A DNA stretch of 64,000 bases from Patescibacteria group bacterium (GTDB taxonomy: Bacteria > Patescibacteriota > Microgenomatia > UBA10105 > UBA927): NCBI GenBank assembly GCA_023379025.1, contig JAMCTH010000003.1, forward strand, positions 169,259 through 233,258, given 5' to 3'. The position numbers were made by a program, and so were the translations under genes. Positions 35,492 to 45,012 of the stretch are shown in pieces. Every line of letters begins with the position of its first letter. The stretch's first letter is position 1. The notes under the pieces were generated by a model. That model was not told the DNA's origin. It made no database searches and was given only the letters and a program-made list of their open reading frames with translations.

Positions 35492-35914
35492 CTATCTCCA
35501 CAAGGAAAACTTCCGAGTCATCTGACTGAGCTTTATACGATTACCGAAAGCCGAGATACCATAATATTCAAGTTCTGCCTCATGAGCCTGTTTTGTTCGT
35601 TCTTTCTGTTCGAGATACGTCCCGACGGTCATAGTACTCGTGAAATCAACGAAATGAATACCCTCTGCCAAAAACTCAAATCTGAGCGTTCTGATCTGAT
35701 TGGAATTATCAGCGGCGAGGATGATAAACGGATGGTCCGAGATGCTTTTGTGTTTCCCCCGGTCGAAATCCTGGTAGTCATCAAAGCGCATATCCGCAAT
35801 CGTCGGATAACTTACCGAGAGCCCCGCTGCCATATGGGCAAGAGCGTTCATGAGTAAGCCCACCGGAACTTTTTTATTGAGAACTGCAATAAATTTGTTC
35901 TCTAGTCCGTCCAT
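35492..35914 (-). CDS. Hypothetical protein (possibly DUF2000-like)
   Basis: Start trimmed to MDGLENKFIAVLNKK to avoid overlap with the divergent gene. The family guess is weak. Confidence 0.35.
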   Translation of the reverse strand: MDGLENKFIAVLNKKVPVGLLMNALAHMAAGLSVSYPTIADMRFDDYQDFDRGKHKSISDHPFIILAADNSNQIRTLRFEFLAEGIHFVDFTSTMTVGTYLEQKERTKQAHEAELEYYGISAFGNRIKLSQMTRKFSLWR

Positions 35915-35942
35915 ACGCTCTGATAGTATATAATATTCCTCT

Positions 35943-36530
35943 ATGGAACGCACACGGACCTATTTGACGGCTCTATCCCATCTAGAAGGCCTAAATCTTA
36001 ACCTGGATAACGAAAAATACTTCAAAAGCAAAGAGATGGTAATTTGGAGGGATGGAGCTCTTAGAGCAAGTAGGTATTATCCATTCTGTAATCTCTCCAA
36101 TACAAGAGAACTTGTGTTTTCTATCGTGGACGGTTACGGAAGAGAATATTTTCCGTTACCTGGGGCGTTAGTTAACAGATTGGCAGCCTTCTTAAGGGGA
36201 GAAGGTTATGACCCATCAACAGCTGACTGCAAACGTTTCGCTTACTATTTAACTGGATTACCCTATTATGATAGATTCGATACGAATCAATGGGATAGCA
36301 CAGCATATCTGAACGACAGTTATCTATCTCCTGGAAACGCAATACTCATTTCAAATCGACAAGAGAACGATATCTATCCGAAACACATGGCAATCTACCT
36401 TACTGACGGATTATATATTTCAAAATTCGGCGTTGGAATAGGGAATAATCTTATCGTTGCAACGCTTGACGAAATGTGCAAAGGGTTTGAGGGCAATTAT
36501 GTATCGATTCTCGAACCAAAGAGAGAATAA
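35943..36530 (+). CDS. Hypothetical protein (low-GC island gene)
   Basis: 195 aa, AT-rich codon usage different from its neighbours. No family recognised. Confidence 0.4.
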   Translation: MERTRTYLTALSHLEGLNLNLDNEKYFKSKEMVIWRDGALRASRYYPFCNLSNTRELVFSIVDGYGREYFPLPGALVNRLAAFLRGEGYDPSTADCKRFAYYLTGLPYYDRFDTNQWDSTAYLNDSYLSPGNAILISNRQENDIYPKHMAIYLTDGLYISKFGVGIGNNLIVATLDEMCKGFEGNYVSILEPKRE

Positions 36531-36561
36531 GAAAACCAAGCAGAATGAGGCAAAGTATGCA

Positions 36562-37098
36562 TTAATGACATTTTCGATATTCAATCCGTCTTCTGTACAT
36601 TTTCTCCGTTAATCCACCTTCTTTTTCATGTTTCTCCATTAAAGAAGCAACGAGTCTCTTAAGCAAATACCCATCAAGATTACAAAAGGTAAGAAGCATA
36701 TTAGCTGCTTCTGCAGGAGAACTAGGAAGCATTGGGGTATTTAGGGATGTTTGGGTTACCCAAACTACCCAAAATTCCCTAAACCGTTTAATTCTTTCAT
36801 CATTTTTATCCCAAATCGGTAAATTTCTCTGTCTCAAAAAATCCTGGTAGTCTTTCGTTAGTTCTTCGTTTGAGCCGTACGCAATCCCCGCAAGCTTGAT
36901 ATATGCTTTCAGAGACGGGTTGGAATATCCTTCTGCAACATTTTGACAATTCGACCGGGCGGCTTGAACCATTTGATCGTGTGTTCTGGATTTTTTATCT
37001 ATATAGAGGTCGCAAAACTTGGCCGTTAAATCATGAATAACTTTTCCGAGCATAAATGCAGCCAAATATTCGTATCCTGGGCGGGTTATATTTTTCAT
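36562..37098 (-). CDS. Four-helix-bundle protein (23S rRNA intervening-sequence protein family; Avd-like fold) with C-terminal extension
   Basis: QMVQAARSNCQNVAEGYSNPSLKAYIKLAGIAYGSNEELTKDY matches the family signature Q.RRAA.S...NIAEGY...S.KE...L.IA.GS..EL. Confidence 0.65.
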   Translation of the reverse strand: MKNITRPGYEYLAAFMLGKVIHDLTAKFCDLYIDKKSRTHDQMVQAARSNCQNVAEGYSNPSLKAYIKLAGIAYGSNEELTKDYQDFLRQRNLPIWDKNDERIKRFREFWVVWVTQTSLNTPMLPSSPAEAANMLLTFCNLDGYLLKRLVASLMEKHEKEGGLTEKMYRRRIEYRKCH

Positions 37099-37135
37099 CT
37101 ATCGCCTGAATCCAACTTGGATTATTCATTCAGGC

Positions 37136-37166
37136 ACTCAGAACATTGCAATGCAATGTTCTGAGT
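37136..37166. repeat. Perfect 15-bp inverted repeat (actcagaacattgca a tgcaatgttctgagt); hairpin between the tRNA-Pro 3' end and the 4HB gene
   Basis: Read directly. Could terminate the tRNA transcript. Confidence 0.45.
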
Positions 37167-37187
37167 AGACCTTTACACCAAAATTAG

Positions 37188-37261
37188 TCGGGGTGACTCG
37201 ACTTGAACGAGCAACCTTTCGCACCCCATGCGAATGCGCTAGCCAATTGCGCCACACCCCG
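37188..37261 (-). tRNA. tRNA-Pro (anticodon GGG), 74 nt, CCA not encoded
   Basis: Manual fold: acceptor CGGGGTG/CACCCCG, D-arm GCGC-AATTGGCTA-GCGC, anticodon stem TTCGC/GCGAA with loop AT-GGG-GT, T-loop TTCAAGT, discriminator A. Confidence 0.75.
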
Positions 37262-37338
37262 CCGGGCAGAGCCCTCTGGGGCGGCGCCCTGCCGGAATAC
37301 TATATCTCTATATTAGATTATCTTAAAACTTCCGTTCT

Positions 37339-37591
37339 TTATTGCTCTATCCAAGCTATCATGGCTTTTCTTATATTTTTTCTCTCATTCTCCCGCCTCT
37401 TCAATTGAAGGAGTTATCTGATATCCTATCAATTTTAACGGTCTTCTAAATTTTGTTGATGGAACCTGGCCTTTATTATGTTGTTGCAGTCTTTTTACTA
37501 CATGTATCGTCGAACCAATATATTTTTTACCGTCTTTCAAACTTCTTAAAACGTAGACACAATTCATTTTTGTTCTCTTGTATTTTAGCAT
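37339..37591 (-). pseudogene. GIY-YIG nuclease-family gene with frameshift at a poly-A run
   Basis: MNCVYVLRSLKDGKKYIGST...KGQVPSTKFRRPLKL... (GIY-YIG core). It stops at TGA. The expected C-terminal helix (ENERKNIRKAMIAWIEQ) is in the +1 frame across ggagaatgagagaaaaaat. Confidence 0.45.
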
Positions 37592-37648
37592 GTATTATGT
37601 GAGAATGGCATAAATCGGCCCTCTCCCCTGCCACAGGAAGGAACGCCT

Positions 37649-38686
37649 ATGCCAGCTGATGCAAAACTCCAGGCTATACGCCTCGCGATGGACCAGATCG
37701 AAAAACAGTACGGCAAGGGCTCGATCATGAAACTCGGAGAAAAAACGGCAGGCCGGATGGCGATAGACGTCATCCCGACCGGTATCCTGCCGCTCGATCT
37801 GGCCCTCGGCGTCGGCGGACTTCCGCGCGGCCGCATCATCGAGATTTACGGCCCGGAAGCATCAGGGAAAACCACGGTCTGTCTTTCCACGATAGCGGAA
37901 GCGCAAAAAGGCGGCGGCGTTGCCGCGTTTATCGATGCCGAACATGCACTCGACCCGCAATGGGCGGAAATACTCGGCGTAAAACTTGATGATCTCCTTA
38001 TCTCCCAGCCCGATACCGGAGAGCAGGCGCTTGAAATAGCCGAAACACTTATCCGAAGCGGCGGCGTCGATATCATCGTCATCGACTCCGTCGCGGCACT
38101 CGTCCCGAGGGCGGAGCTTGAGGGGGAAATGGGTGACAGCATGATGGGCGTCCAGGCACGCCTCATGTCCCAGGCGCTCCGGAAACTGACCGCCGTCATT
38201 TCCAAATCGCGCGCGGTCGTCGTATTCACGAACCAGCTGCGGCAGAAAATCGGCGTCATGTTCGGAAACCCTGAGGTAACTCCCGGAGGGCTTGCTCTCA
38301 AGTTTTACTCGAGTATCCGCATGGACTCCCGCAAAATCGAAACCTTAAAAGACGGCGAACGCGTGATCGGGAGCCGGCACCGGATACGTGTCGTGAAAAA
38401 TAAGGTTGCACCCCCCTTCCGGATCGCGGAGTTTGACGTAATGCACGACGGCATATCCAGGGAGGGCGGGCTTATTGACGTAGGGCTTGAGTTCAACGTC
38501 CTGTCCAAATCCGGCGCGTTCCTCAAATACCAGGCGCAGATGCTCGGCCAGGGACGGGAGGCTGCCAAGATGTTCCTCCGGGAAAACCCGAAACTCACGA
38601 AGGAAGTGACCGAAGCGGTCTGGAAAGTCGTCAAGTCCGGCCAGACGCAGACAAAAGTCGCGATGGGTGTCGAGGAGGAAGAATAA
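37649..38686 (+). CDS. recA: Recombinase RecA
   Basis: GPEASGKTT Walker A, full-length similarity pattern ([17 protein letters not shown]). 345 aa. Confidence 0.9.
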   Translation: MPADAKLQAIRLAMDQIEKQYGKGSIMKLGEKTAGRMAIDVIPTGILPLDLALGVGGLPRGRIIEIYGPEASGKTTVCLSTIAEAQKGGGVAAFIDAEHALDPQWAEILGVKLDDLLISQPDTGEQALEIAETLIRSGGVDIIVIDSVAALVPRAELEGEMGDSMMGVQARLMSQALRKLTAVISKSRAVVVFTNQLRQKIGVMFGNPEVTPGGLALKFYSSIRMDSRKIETLKDGERVIGSRHRIRVVKNKVAPPFRIAEFDVMHDGISREGGLIDVGLEFNVLSKSGAFLKYQAQMLGQGREAAKMFLRENPKLTKEVTEAVWKVVKSGQTQTKVAMGVEEEE

Positions 38687-38687
38687 C

Positions 38688-38873
38688 CTACTTTTTCTCT
38701 ACGCGAAATCCCACCATACCGATTACGACACTTGCCAGGATATTGAGTTTGACCATAGTGAGGATAGGAAGCGACGGATCACGGAGAACCATTACCCCGC
38801 TCCCGACCCAGATCGTTCCGATGATACCGGCTACAGACGGATACTTAACGTAAAGCAGGAGATTTTTAAACAT
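38688..38873 (-). CDS. Hypothetical small membrane protein (61 aa)
   Basis: Two hydrophobic helices. Start trimmed to MFKNLLLY. Overlaps the end of the upstream kinase gene by 8 nt. Confidence 0.3.
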   Translation of the reverse strand: MFKNLLLYVKYPSVAGIIGTIWVGSGVMVLRDPSLPILTMVKLNILASVVIGMVGFRVEKK

Positions 38874-40359
38874 ACGATACCTCTTTGAGCGTCCGCGAGA
38901 TTTTGCGGTAAAGCGGCATATCGCGTTCGGCAACCGTCCCCATCCAGTCCATAACCTGTTCTATCGCTTCTTCCACGGTGACCTCTTTCTGATGGATGGC
39001 ACCGGCATTGATGAGCGTGTCGGCGTCGAGAACATCAAGGATTTTTCTGTACGTCTCGCGCATGTGGTGAAAGTCCGGTTCGAGAAAGGTAACCCACGAC
39101 TTGTAGATCGCGACCGTTTTCATGGTCGCAAGCATCCCTTCCGGCACTCGTACGTTCAGAAACTGGCCGGTTTTGATGATGTCGAGATACATGGCGACGA
39201 AGTTCTCTTTTTCCGTCTGCTCGATCTCCCTGAACCGCTCGCGCTTTTCGTTGAGCAGACGGTGATAGTTCTCGGTCAGGAGGTCTGCCATACGGATTTT
39301 GCCGTCGGAAAAATGGTCGTCGAGAACCCGGATATAGCGGTAAAATTTCCCCGCCCCCCATTCAAGGAATTCGCGTCCAATGCCCTGCATGTCCATGCTG
39401 TCCGCGCGGTCAAGCATGAGACGGACGATATTGTAGTAATTCCTTCTGTTTCTCGGGGATTGCCCTACAATGCCGAAATCTATGAGCGCGTACCGGTTAT
39501 CCGGAAGAATTTTTATGTTTCCGGGATGGGGATCGGCGTAGAAAAGTTCATGGACAAATCCCTGAATCCCCAGGTCAAACGCGATCCGGCGGATGATCGT
39601 ATAAATATCCGTCCGGTATGTCTGCCGGAGCCAAGCTTTGTAATCGAACCCGGGATGTCCGCTCCGCATGCGGATAAGGTCGGTAAGCGCGATGCCGCCG
39701 ACATACTCCTGCACGAGGATACGGTTTGTCGACAATCCCGGGAACGTCCGCGGGATAAGGACCTCCGGCACGGATTTGTAGATATCATAAAAATACGCGG
39801 CGTGTTCGGCCTCTCTCCGGTAGTCCAGCTCTTCAAGGGTCGACTGCTCAAATTCGCAAATAAGCGCATTCACGTCAAGAATGCGCTGGTCATAGATGAA
39901 GGAAGCAAACCGCCCGAATGCCTTAAGGAGCAGAAAGTCAAACCGGAGCGCCCTGACCAGATTCGGGCGTTTTACCTTGATAATGACATCCGTCCCGTCC
40001 GTAAGCGTCGCACGGTACACCTGGCCGAAGGTACCGGACGCGAACGGTATTCTGTCTATGGAACGGAACGTTTCGGAAGCGGCAGCACCCAATTCTTTGT
40101 TGAGGATATCGGAAATAGGTAAGGGGACAAACGGCACGGCGTCATAAAAACTCAGATACCGCATCTTCTCCGAATCGGGAAAAACATCCGTCCTGAGGCA
40201 CATGAACTGGATGAGTTTGACGTAGACACCGCCGAGCGTCGTGATCCCGTCATAGAGTACGTCTGACCATGCCGGACTCCGCTCTATGCTTTTCCGATAC
40301 CAAAGGAGCAAAGAATATTTTAAAACCAGAAAAAGACGCGGCATCATGCATTTCTCCAA
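38866..40359 (-). CDS. ABC1/UbiB-family atypical protein kinase
   Basis: ASGTFGQVYRAT..G..V.IKVKRP (ATP-binding), catalytic HADPHPGNI and IDFG motifs. 497 aa. Confidence 0.75.
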   Translation of the reverse strand: MEKCMMPRLFLVLKYSLLLWYRKSIERSPAWSDVLYDGITTLGGVYVKLIQFMCLRTDVFPDSEKMRYLSFYDAVPFVPLPISDILNKELGAAASETFRSIDRIPFASGTFGQVYRATLTDGTDVIIKVKRPNLVRALRFDFLLLKAFGRFASFIYDQRILDVNALICEFEQSTLEELDYRREAEHAAYFYDIYKSVPEVLIPRTFPGLSTNRILVQEYVGGIALTDLIRMRSGHPGFDYKAWLRQTYRTDIYTIIRRIAFDLGIQGFVHELFYADPHPGNIKILPDNRYALIDFGIVGQSPRNRRNYYNIVRLMLDRADSMDMQGIGREFLEWGAGKFYRYIRVLDDHFSDGKIRMADLLTENYHRLLNEKRERFREIEQTEKENFVAMYLDIIKTGQFLNVRVPEGMLATMKTVAIYKSWVTFLEPDFHHMRETYRKILDVLDADTLINAGAIHQKEVTVEEAIEQVMDWMGTVAERDMPLYRKISRTLKEVSYV

Positions 40360-40552
40360 AACCCTATGAAAAACAGGACGACGGAAAAGACAAGGGTTGC
40401 CAGGTAGAGGTCAAAAGCGAGCTTCGTATCCCTGAAGGCGAAACTGATGCATAGCACCACTATCCAGGAAAACAGGATTGCAAGAAATACCGACGGATAT
40501 TTCATCGGGATAAGTATAGCACGGATGCGGCATGCGGGCCGCGTGAGCATTC

Positions 40553-41035
40553 TTATCTCTTCGGGGACTGTTTCCTGGCTCTCGCTTTTCCGGCATAGCC
40601 GGCTTTTCTTCGTTGTTTTGCCCTGGGATCGCGGGTGAGAAAGCCCCGTTTTTTGAGGATAGGACGGAACTTTTCGCTGTCTACCTTCAGAAGGGCCCGG
40701 GAAATGCCATGGATGACCGCACCAAGTTGCCCGGATGATCCGCCGCCTTCCACACGGATGCTTGTCGCGAAACGGCTGATTGTATTCGTAGTCCGGAATG
40801 GTTCAAGATACATTTTTTTGCTGACCTCACCGGGAAAATATGATTCCGCGGGCCTGCCATTCACGATGATGCTTCCTTTTTCCATTGTCTTCCCACCGAG
40901 AGACACTGTGGCGTCTTTGACCACGTAGAGCCGCACCCGTGCATTGCTTTCTTTTCTCCTGCCGAGCGCTTCGTAATAAGACACTGGAGACTCCTTGACA
41001 GAAGGCACCTCCAGAGCCTGATGTTTTGCTTCCAT
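40553..41035 (-). CDS. rpsI: 30S ribosomal protein S9 (N-terminal extension)
   Basis: YYEALGRRKESNARV ... C-terminal RRKAGYAGKARARKQSPKR. Confidence 0.85.
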   Translation of the reverse strand: MEAKHQALEVPSVKESPVSYYEALGRRKESNARVRLYVVKDATVSLGGKTMEKGSIIVNGRPAESYFPGEVSKKMYLEPFRTTNTISRFATSIRVEGGGSSGQLGAVIHGISRALLKVDSEKFRPILKKRGFLTRDPRAKQRRKAGYAGKARARKQSPKR

Positions 41036-41043
41036 GGTATCTG

Positions 41044-41478
41044 TTATGACGTTTTTTCCGTTACAAATTTATCCCCGTAGGTGTGCTCGTTTCCGGCAAA
41101 TACATACAGCCGTGTTATGAGACGGTCCCGCAGTTTATTTTTGGGGAGCATCCCGAATACTGCGTTCCGGATAAGCTTCGTCGGCTTTTCCTTCCGGACC
41201 TGCCGGAGAGCTTTTTGCTTGAGTCCGCCCGGATATCCCGAATACGTTCCATAGAGTTTCTGCTCTTCCTTTTTCCCGGTAACCGCAACTTCGGCTCCGT
41301 TTATGACGACCACATAATCGCCGCAGTCCAGGTGGCGTACAAAGTACGGCTTGCTTTTGCCCATAAGTTTAAGCGCTGCTTCGGAAGCGATGCGTCCCAG
41401 AATTTTCCCTTTTGCATCCAATAAATGCCAGGATCGCTTGACGTCGCTGATTTTTGTCGGTCGTGTAGCTTTCTTCAT
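41044..41478 (-). CDS. rplM: 50S ribosomal protein L13
   Basis: WHLLDAKGKILGRIAS... typical L13. Confidence 0.9.
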   Translation of the reverse strand: MKKATRPTKISDVKRSWHLLDAKGKILGRIASEAALKLMGKSKPYFVRHLDCGDYVVVINGAEVAVTGKKEEQKLYGTYSGYPGGLKQKALRQVRKEKPTKLIRNAVFGMLPKNKLRDRLITRLYVFAGNEHTYGDKFVTEKTS

Positions 41479-41492
41479 ATCCTCTACCCTGT

Positions 41493-41975
41493 TTATTTCG
41501 ACTTCTCGGATTTTTTCGCGACACTCCGTTTTTTTGGTATTTTCGTTGCGTTTCTTTCCGGTGTCCTGGATTCTTCCCCGCCTTTTGTTGCATCGGGCGC
41601 AATGACATCCGTTACAACGCGTTCGTCAATAAACCGCAGAAGCACGACTTCCGCATTATCTCCCGCTCTTGCACCAAGACGGTGGAGAGAAGTAAAACCG
41701 CTCGATCTTCCGGCAAAACGGGTCTTCCCGTCCGATACCAAAAGATCCGTCAGCTTTTCATCGGCAAGCACTTTCAGAATGCCGTTTCGATCACTGCGCG
41801 AACCTCCCTTGGCTTTCGTCACCAGTTTTTCCGCTAAAGGACGGACTGCCCGTGCTTTTGCAGCCGTGGTTTTTATCTGACCGTGAATGATAAGCGAACG
41901 CACAAGATTTCGGAACAGGCCTGTCCGTTCGTTTTTGGTCCTTGATAATTTCCTGCCGAAATATCCGTGCCTCAT
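41493..41975 (-). CDS. rplQ: 50S ribosomal protein L17 (Lys-rich C-terminal extension)
   Basis: MRHGYFGRKLSRTKNER...; 160 aa. Confidence 0.85.
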   Translation of the reverse strand: MRHGYFGRKLSRTKNERTGLFRNLVRSLIIHGQIKTTAAKARAVRPLAEKLVTKAKGGSRSDRNGILKVLADEKLTDLLVSDGKTRFAGRSSGFTSLHRLGARAGDNAEVVLLRFIDERVVTDVIAPDATKGGEESRTPERNATKIPKKRSVAKKSEKSK

Positions 41976-42892
41976 ACCGTAAGTGCAACTCCCTTTTCCC
42001 TAAGCTTCTCTTCGACAACGGAGAGCGACTTCACGCCAAGATTTTTTATCTTTATAAGCTCACTTCTCTGCGTTCCGAGAAGCTGGCCGACCGTCTCGAT
42101 TCCTCCGTTTGCGAACGCATTGACGATCCTGGTCGGAATATCGAGTTCTTCGATGCGCATCTTAAGAATTTCATCCGAAACCGCCGGAGAGACGGCCACG
42201 GCTTCATCACCCGATGCGGCCTTTGGCTCATACATCTGCAGAAAATACGAAACAAGTATTTTCGCAGCCTGCTTGATGGCATCACCCGCACCGATCGTTC
42301 CGTCGGTCCAGACTTCAAGAACCAGCCGGTCCAGATTGGTCATGCGTCCGACCCTGGTTGCTTCTACCCGGTAGTTCACCCGTAACACCGGAGAGAATAT
42401 TCCGGGCACCGGAATGACCCCTATTTCATCGCTCTTTTTTTCTTCGCTGACGATAAATCCGTACCCGGTATTTACCGTCAGTTCCATCTCAAGCGATGCC
42501 TTTTTATCCGCAAGATGCCCAAGTACCAGATCCGGATTGACCACGGTCACACCGGCCGGAACATCGATATCGCCGGCAGTGACCACTCCCGGCCCGCTTT
42601 TCACGAGATGAAGCGTCGCCGTATCCGTTCCTTCAAGGCGGACGCGCACTTTTTTGAGGCCGAGAACCAGTTCCACGACATCCTCCTTGAGTCCCTGAAG
42701 CGTCGAAAACTGATGGGTGACGCCATTGATTTTGACTGACGTAATCGCGCTTCCCGGAAGTGAGGTCAGAAGCACGCGCCGCAGTGCATTGCCGAGCGTT
42801 TGCCCGTACCCCTGTTCCAAGGGTTCAATGACGTATAATCCGTAATCCTGACGGTCGGTATCTGCTTTCAGGGTAAAAGTCGGTTCAAACAT
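41972..42892 (-). CDS. rpoA: DNA-directed RNA polymerase alpha subunit
   Basis: N-terminal dimerisation domain plus C-terminal CTD (DIPTRIVNAFANGGIETVGQL). Confidence 0.9.
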   Translation of the reverse strand: MFEPTFTLKADTDRQDYGLYVIEPLEQGYGQTLGNALRRVLLTSLPGSAITSVKINGVTHQFSTLQGLKEDVVELVLGLKKVRVRLEGTDTATLHLVKSGPGVVTAGDIDVPAGVTVVNPDLVLGHLADKKASLEMELTVNTGYGFIVSEEKKSDEIGVIPVPGIFSPVLRVNYRVEATRVGRMTNLDRLVLEVWTDGTIGAGDAIKQAAKILVSYFLQMYEPKAASGDEAVAVSPAVSDEILKMRIEELDIPTRIVNAFANGGIETVGQLLGTQRSELIKIKNLGVKSLSVVEEKLREKGVALTV

Positions 42893-42980
42893 AGTATCCT
42901 ATGCTTCTGACGCCGGGGGCGAAAACGTTGCACGCCGTGCTGCGACGATGTCCGCTCCGGACCGCAGAGCATATCCTTTC

Positions 42981-43601
42981 TTAACGTGAATAAAACTCTA
43001 CTATAAGCTGTACATTGATGTCTTCCGTTATATCCGTACGCACCGGGAGCCGGACGATCTTTCCGACCGGCCCCTTCCGCATGATCCATTCAGGAATCTT
43101 CACCGTATCGGTTGCCAGAAGCGTTTTGACGGCCGGAATCTCCATGGCTTTGGTTGTCAGGGTCACCACATCTTCCGGTTTTGTCATATAGGAGGCTATA
43201 GTAAGCTTTTGCCCGTTTACCAGCACATGCCCATGCGATACGAGCTGACGCGCTGCTGCACGGGTCGGGGCAAGACCGAGGCGGTATATGGTGTTATCGA
43301 GCCTCCGTTCCATAAACTCAAGAAGTTTCTCTCCGGTATTCCCTTTCCATGTTCTGGCCCGTTCGAAATTTTTCCGGAATTGCCGTTCGAGCACGCCGTA
43401 CATACGTTTGGCCTTCTGTTTCTCCCTGAGTTGATCGCCATACCCCGAACTCTTCCGTCTTCCGTGCGGGCCATGCATGCCCGGGGGCACATTGAGACGC
43501 CTGAGAAGCGATGCGTGCGCGCGGCTCCCGGCGGTCTTGGCTCCGAGATCTTCTCCTTCGCGTCTGCTTAAACGATTTTTCGGTCCTGTATAGCGAGCCA
43601 T
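42981..43601 (-). CDS. rpsD: 30S ribosomal protein S4
   Basis: MARYTGPKNRLSRREG...; S4 domain RLDN.IYRLG. Confidence 0.85.
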   Translation of the reverse strand: MARYTGPKNRLSRREGEDLGAKTAGSRAHASLLRRLNVPPGMHGPHGRRKSSGYGDQLREKQKAKRMYGVLERQFRKNFERARTWKGNTGEKLLEFMERRLDNTIYRLGLAPTRAAARQLVSHGHVLVNGQKLTIASYMTKPEDVVTLTTKAMEIPAVKTLLATDTVKIPEWIMRKGPVGKIVRLPVRTDITEDINVQLIVEFYSR

Positions 43602-43694
43602 ATAAAAACAAGTTTCAAAACGCAAATCCCAATGTCCGGTCAATACTCCTCTTCCGCATTGGGTATTGTGATTTGAGATTTGAGATTTGCATTG

Positions 43695-44078
43695 TTATAC
43701 TCTCCGCTTTTTCTTCGCGCGGACGCCGTTATGCGGTATGGGCGTCACGTCGGCGATAAGACTGATCGCAAGCCCCACCGCCTTAAGACCCCGGAGTGCG
43801 GCATCGCGCCCGGCGCCCGGTCCTTTGATATACACCTCAACTTCCCGCATGCCCTGCATCTGTGCCTTGCGGGCGACTGCTTCGACTGCGGTTGTCGCCG
43901 CATACGGCGTGGATTTCCGCGCCCCTTTAAATCCGGCCATGCCGGAAGATCCCCAGCAAACCGTATTCCCCTCGCGGTCCGTGATCGTCACCAACGTATT
44001 GTTGAATGTCGCCGTGATATAGACTTTTCCCTTTTCTACCGTCCGTTTTGCTTTCATCTGCGCCATAGGATACCTCAC
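43695..44078 (-). CDS. rpsK: 30S ribosomal protein S11
   Basis: [18 protein letters not shown]... Confidence 0.9.
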   Translation of the reverse strand: MRYPMAQMKAKRTVEKGKVYITATFNNTLVTITDREGNTVCWGSSGMAGFKGARKSTPYAATTAVEAVARKAQMQGMREVEVYIKGPGAGRDAALRGLKAVGLAISLIADVTPIPHNGVRAKKKRRV

Positions 44079-44080
44079 CG

Positions 44081-44494
44081 TCAGCTTTTGGTACCGGCAG
44101 GAGCCGGCGCCATCTTTGCTTTATCGTCCTTTTTCATAGCACCGATCGTTATTCGCTTCCCGCGCTTGGTTCTTGCATTGGATCTGGTCCGTTGCCCCCG
44201 CGCCGGCAGACTTTTGGCATGCCGCATCCCGCGGTATGATCCGATCTCCCTGAGGCGCTTGATATTTTCCATGACCTGCCGCCTGAGATCTCCGGACACC
44301 AGATAATTTTTTTCTATAATTTTTGCGAGCCGGTTGGTTTCCTCGTCCGTCAGGGTCTTCACCCGCCGGTCGCCCGGTATCCCGGCTTCCCTGAGAATCC
44401 CCACGACATTGGATCTGCCTACCCCGTAAATGTAGGTCAGGCCGATATCCAGGCGTTTTTCTGCCGGTAAATCGATTCCTGCGATGCGTGCCAT
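44081..44494 (-). CDS. rpsM: 30S ribosomal protein S13
   Basis: [11 protein letters not shown]...GLTYIYGVG. Confidence 0.9.
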   Translation of the reverse strand: MARIAGIDLPAEKRLDIGLTYIYGVGRSNVVGILREAGIPGDRRVKTLTDEETNRLAKIIEKNYLVSGDLRRQVMENIKRLREIGSYRGMRHAKSLPARGQRTRSNARTKRGKRITIGAMKKDDKAKMAPAPAGTKS

Positions 44495-44559
44495 ATAAAA
44501 ATAAGAATCCGTTAGTTCGTTAATTCGTTCGTTCGTTCGAAAAACGATTCATCTTCTCA

Positions 44560-44673
44560 TTATCCCTGCCGTTGTTTATGTTTCGGATTGTCGCAGATCA
44601 CGTACACCTTTCCGCGCCTGCGGACAATCTTGCATTTCTTACACATGAGTTTGACGCTTGCACGAACTTTCAT
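44560..44673 (-). CDS. rpmJ: 50S ribosomal protein L36
   Basis: [37 protein letters not shown] (37 aa), embedded in a longer track ORF. Confidence 0.8.
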   Translation of the reverse strand: MKVRASVKLMCKKCKIVRRRGKVYVICDNPKHKQRQG

Positions 44674-44675
44674 AC

Positions 44676-44894
44676 CTATTTCATTCTGTACGTAATCCTG
44701 CCTTTTGTCGCATCGTAGGGAGTCATTTCCATCTTCACCCGGTCGCCCGGCATAATGCGGATAAAATGAATCCGCATCTTCCCTGATAAATGACAAAGTA
44801 CTATCCTGCCGTTCGGCAGTTTCACCCGGAACAGCGTGTTCGGCAGACATTCGATCACTTCACCTTCCACTTCAATGCTTCCCTGGTGGGCCAT
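44676..44894 (-). CDS. infA: Translation initiation factor IF-1
   Basis: [41 protein letters not shown]... S1-like fold, 72 aa. Confidence 0.85.
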   Translation of the reverse strand: MAHQGSIEVEGEVIECLPNTLFRVKLPNGRIVLCHLSGKMRIHFIRIMPGDRVKMEMTPYDATKGRITYRMK

Positions 44895-45012
44895 ACCGTA
44901 AATATATAACCACGACAAACCCGTCGCCCTCAAAAAAACGTGCGCGGGGTAAAAAATATCGGGCGTTCCCGAGTAAAGCCGGGACACCCGACTCTGGATT
45001 TTCTATTGTACC

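Noticed and set aside
38992-40122. 376-aa plus-strand ORF
   Set aside because: Antisense to the ABC1/UbiB kinase gene.
40344-40550. 68-aa hydrophobic ORF between the kinase gene and rpsI
   Set aside because: Plausible small membrane protein, but it overlaps the kinase start and has no RBS. Not called.
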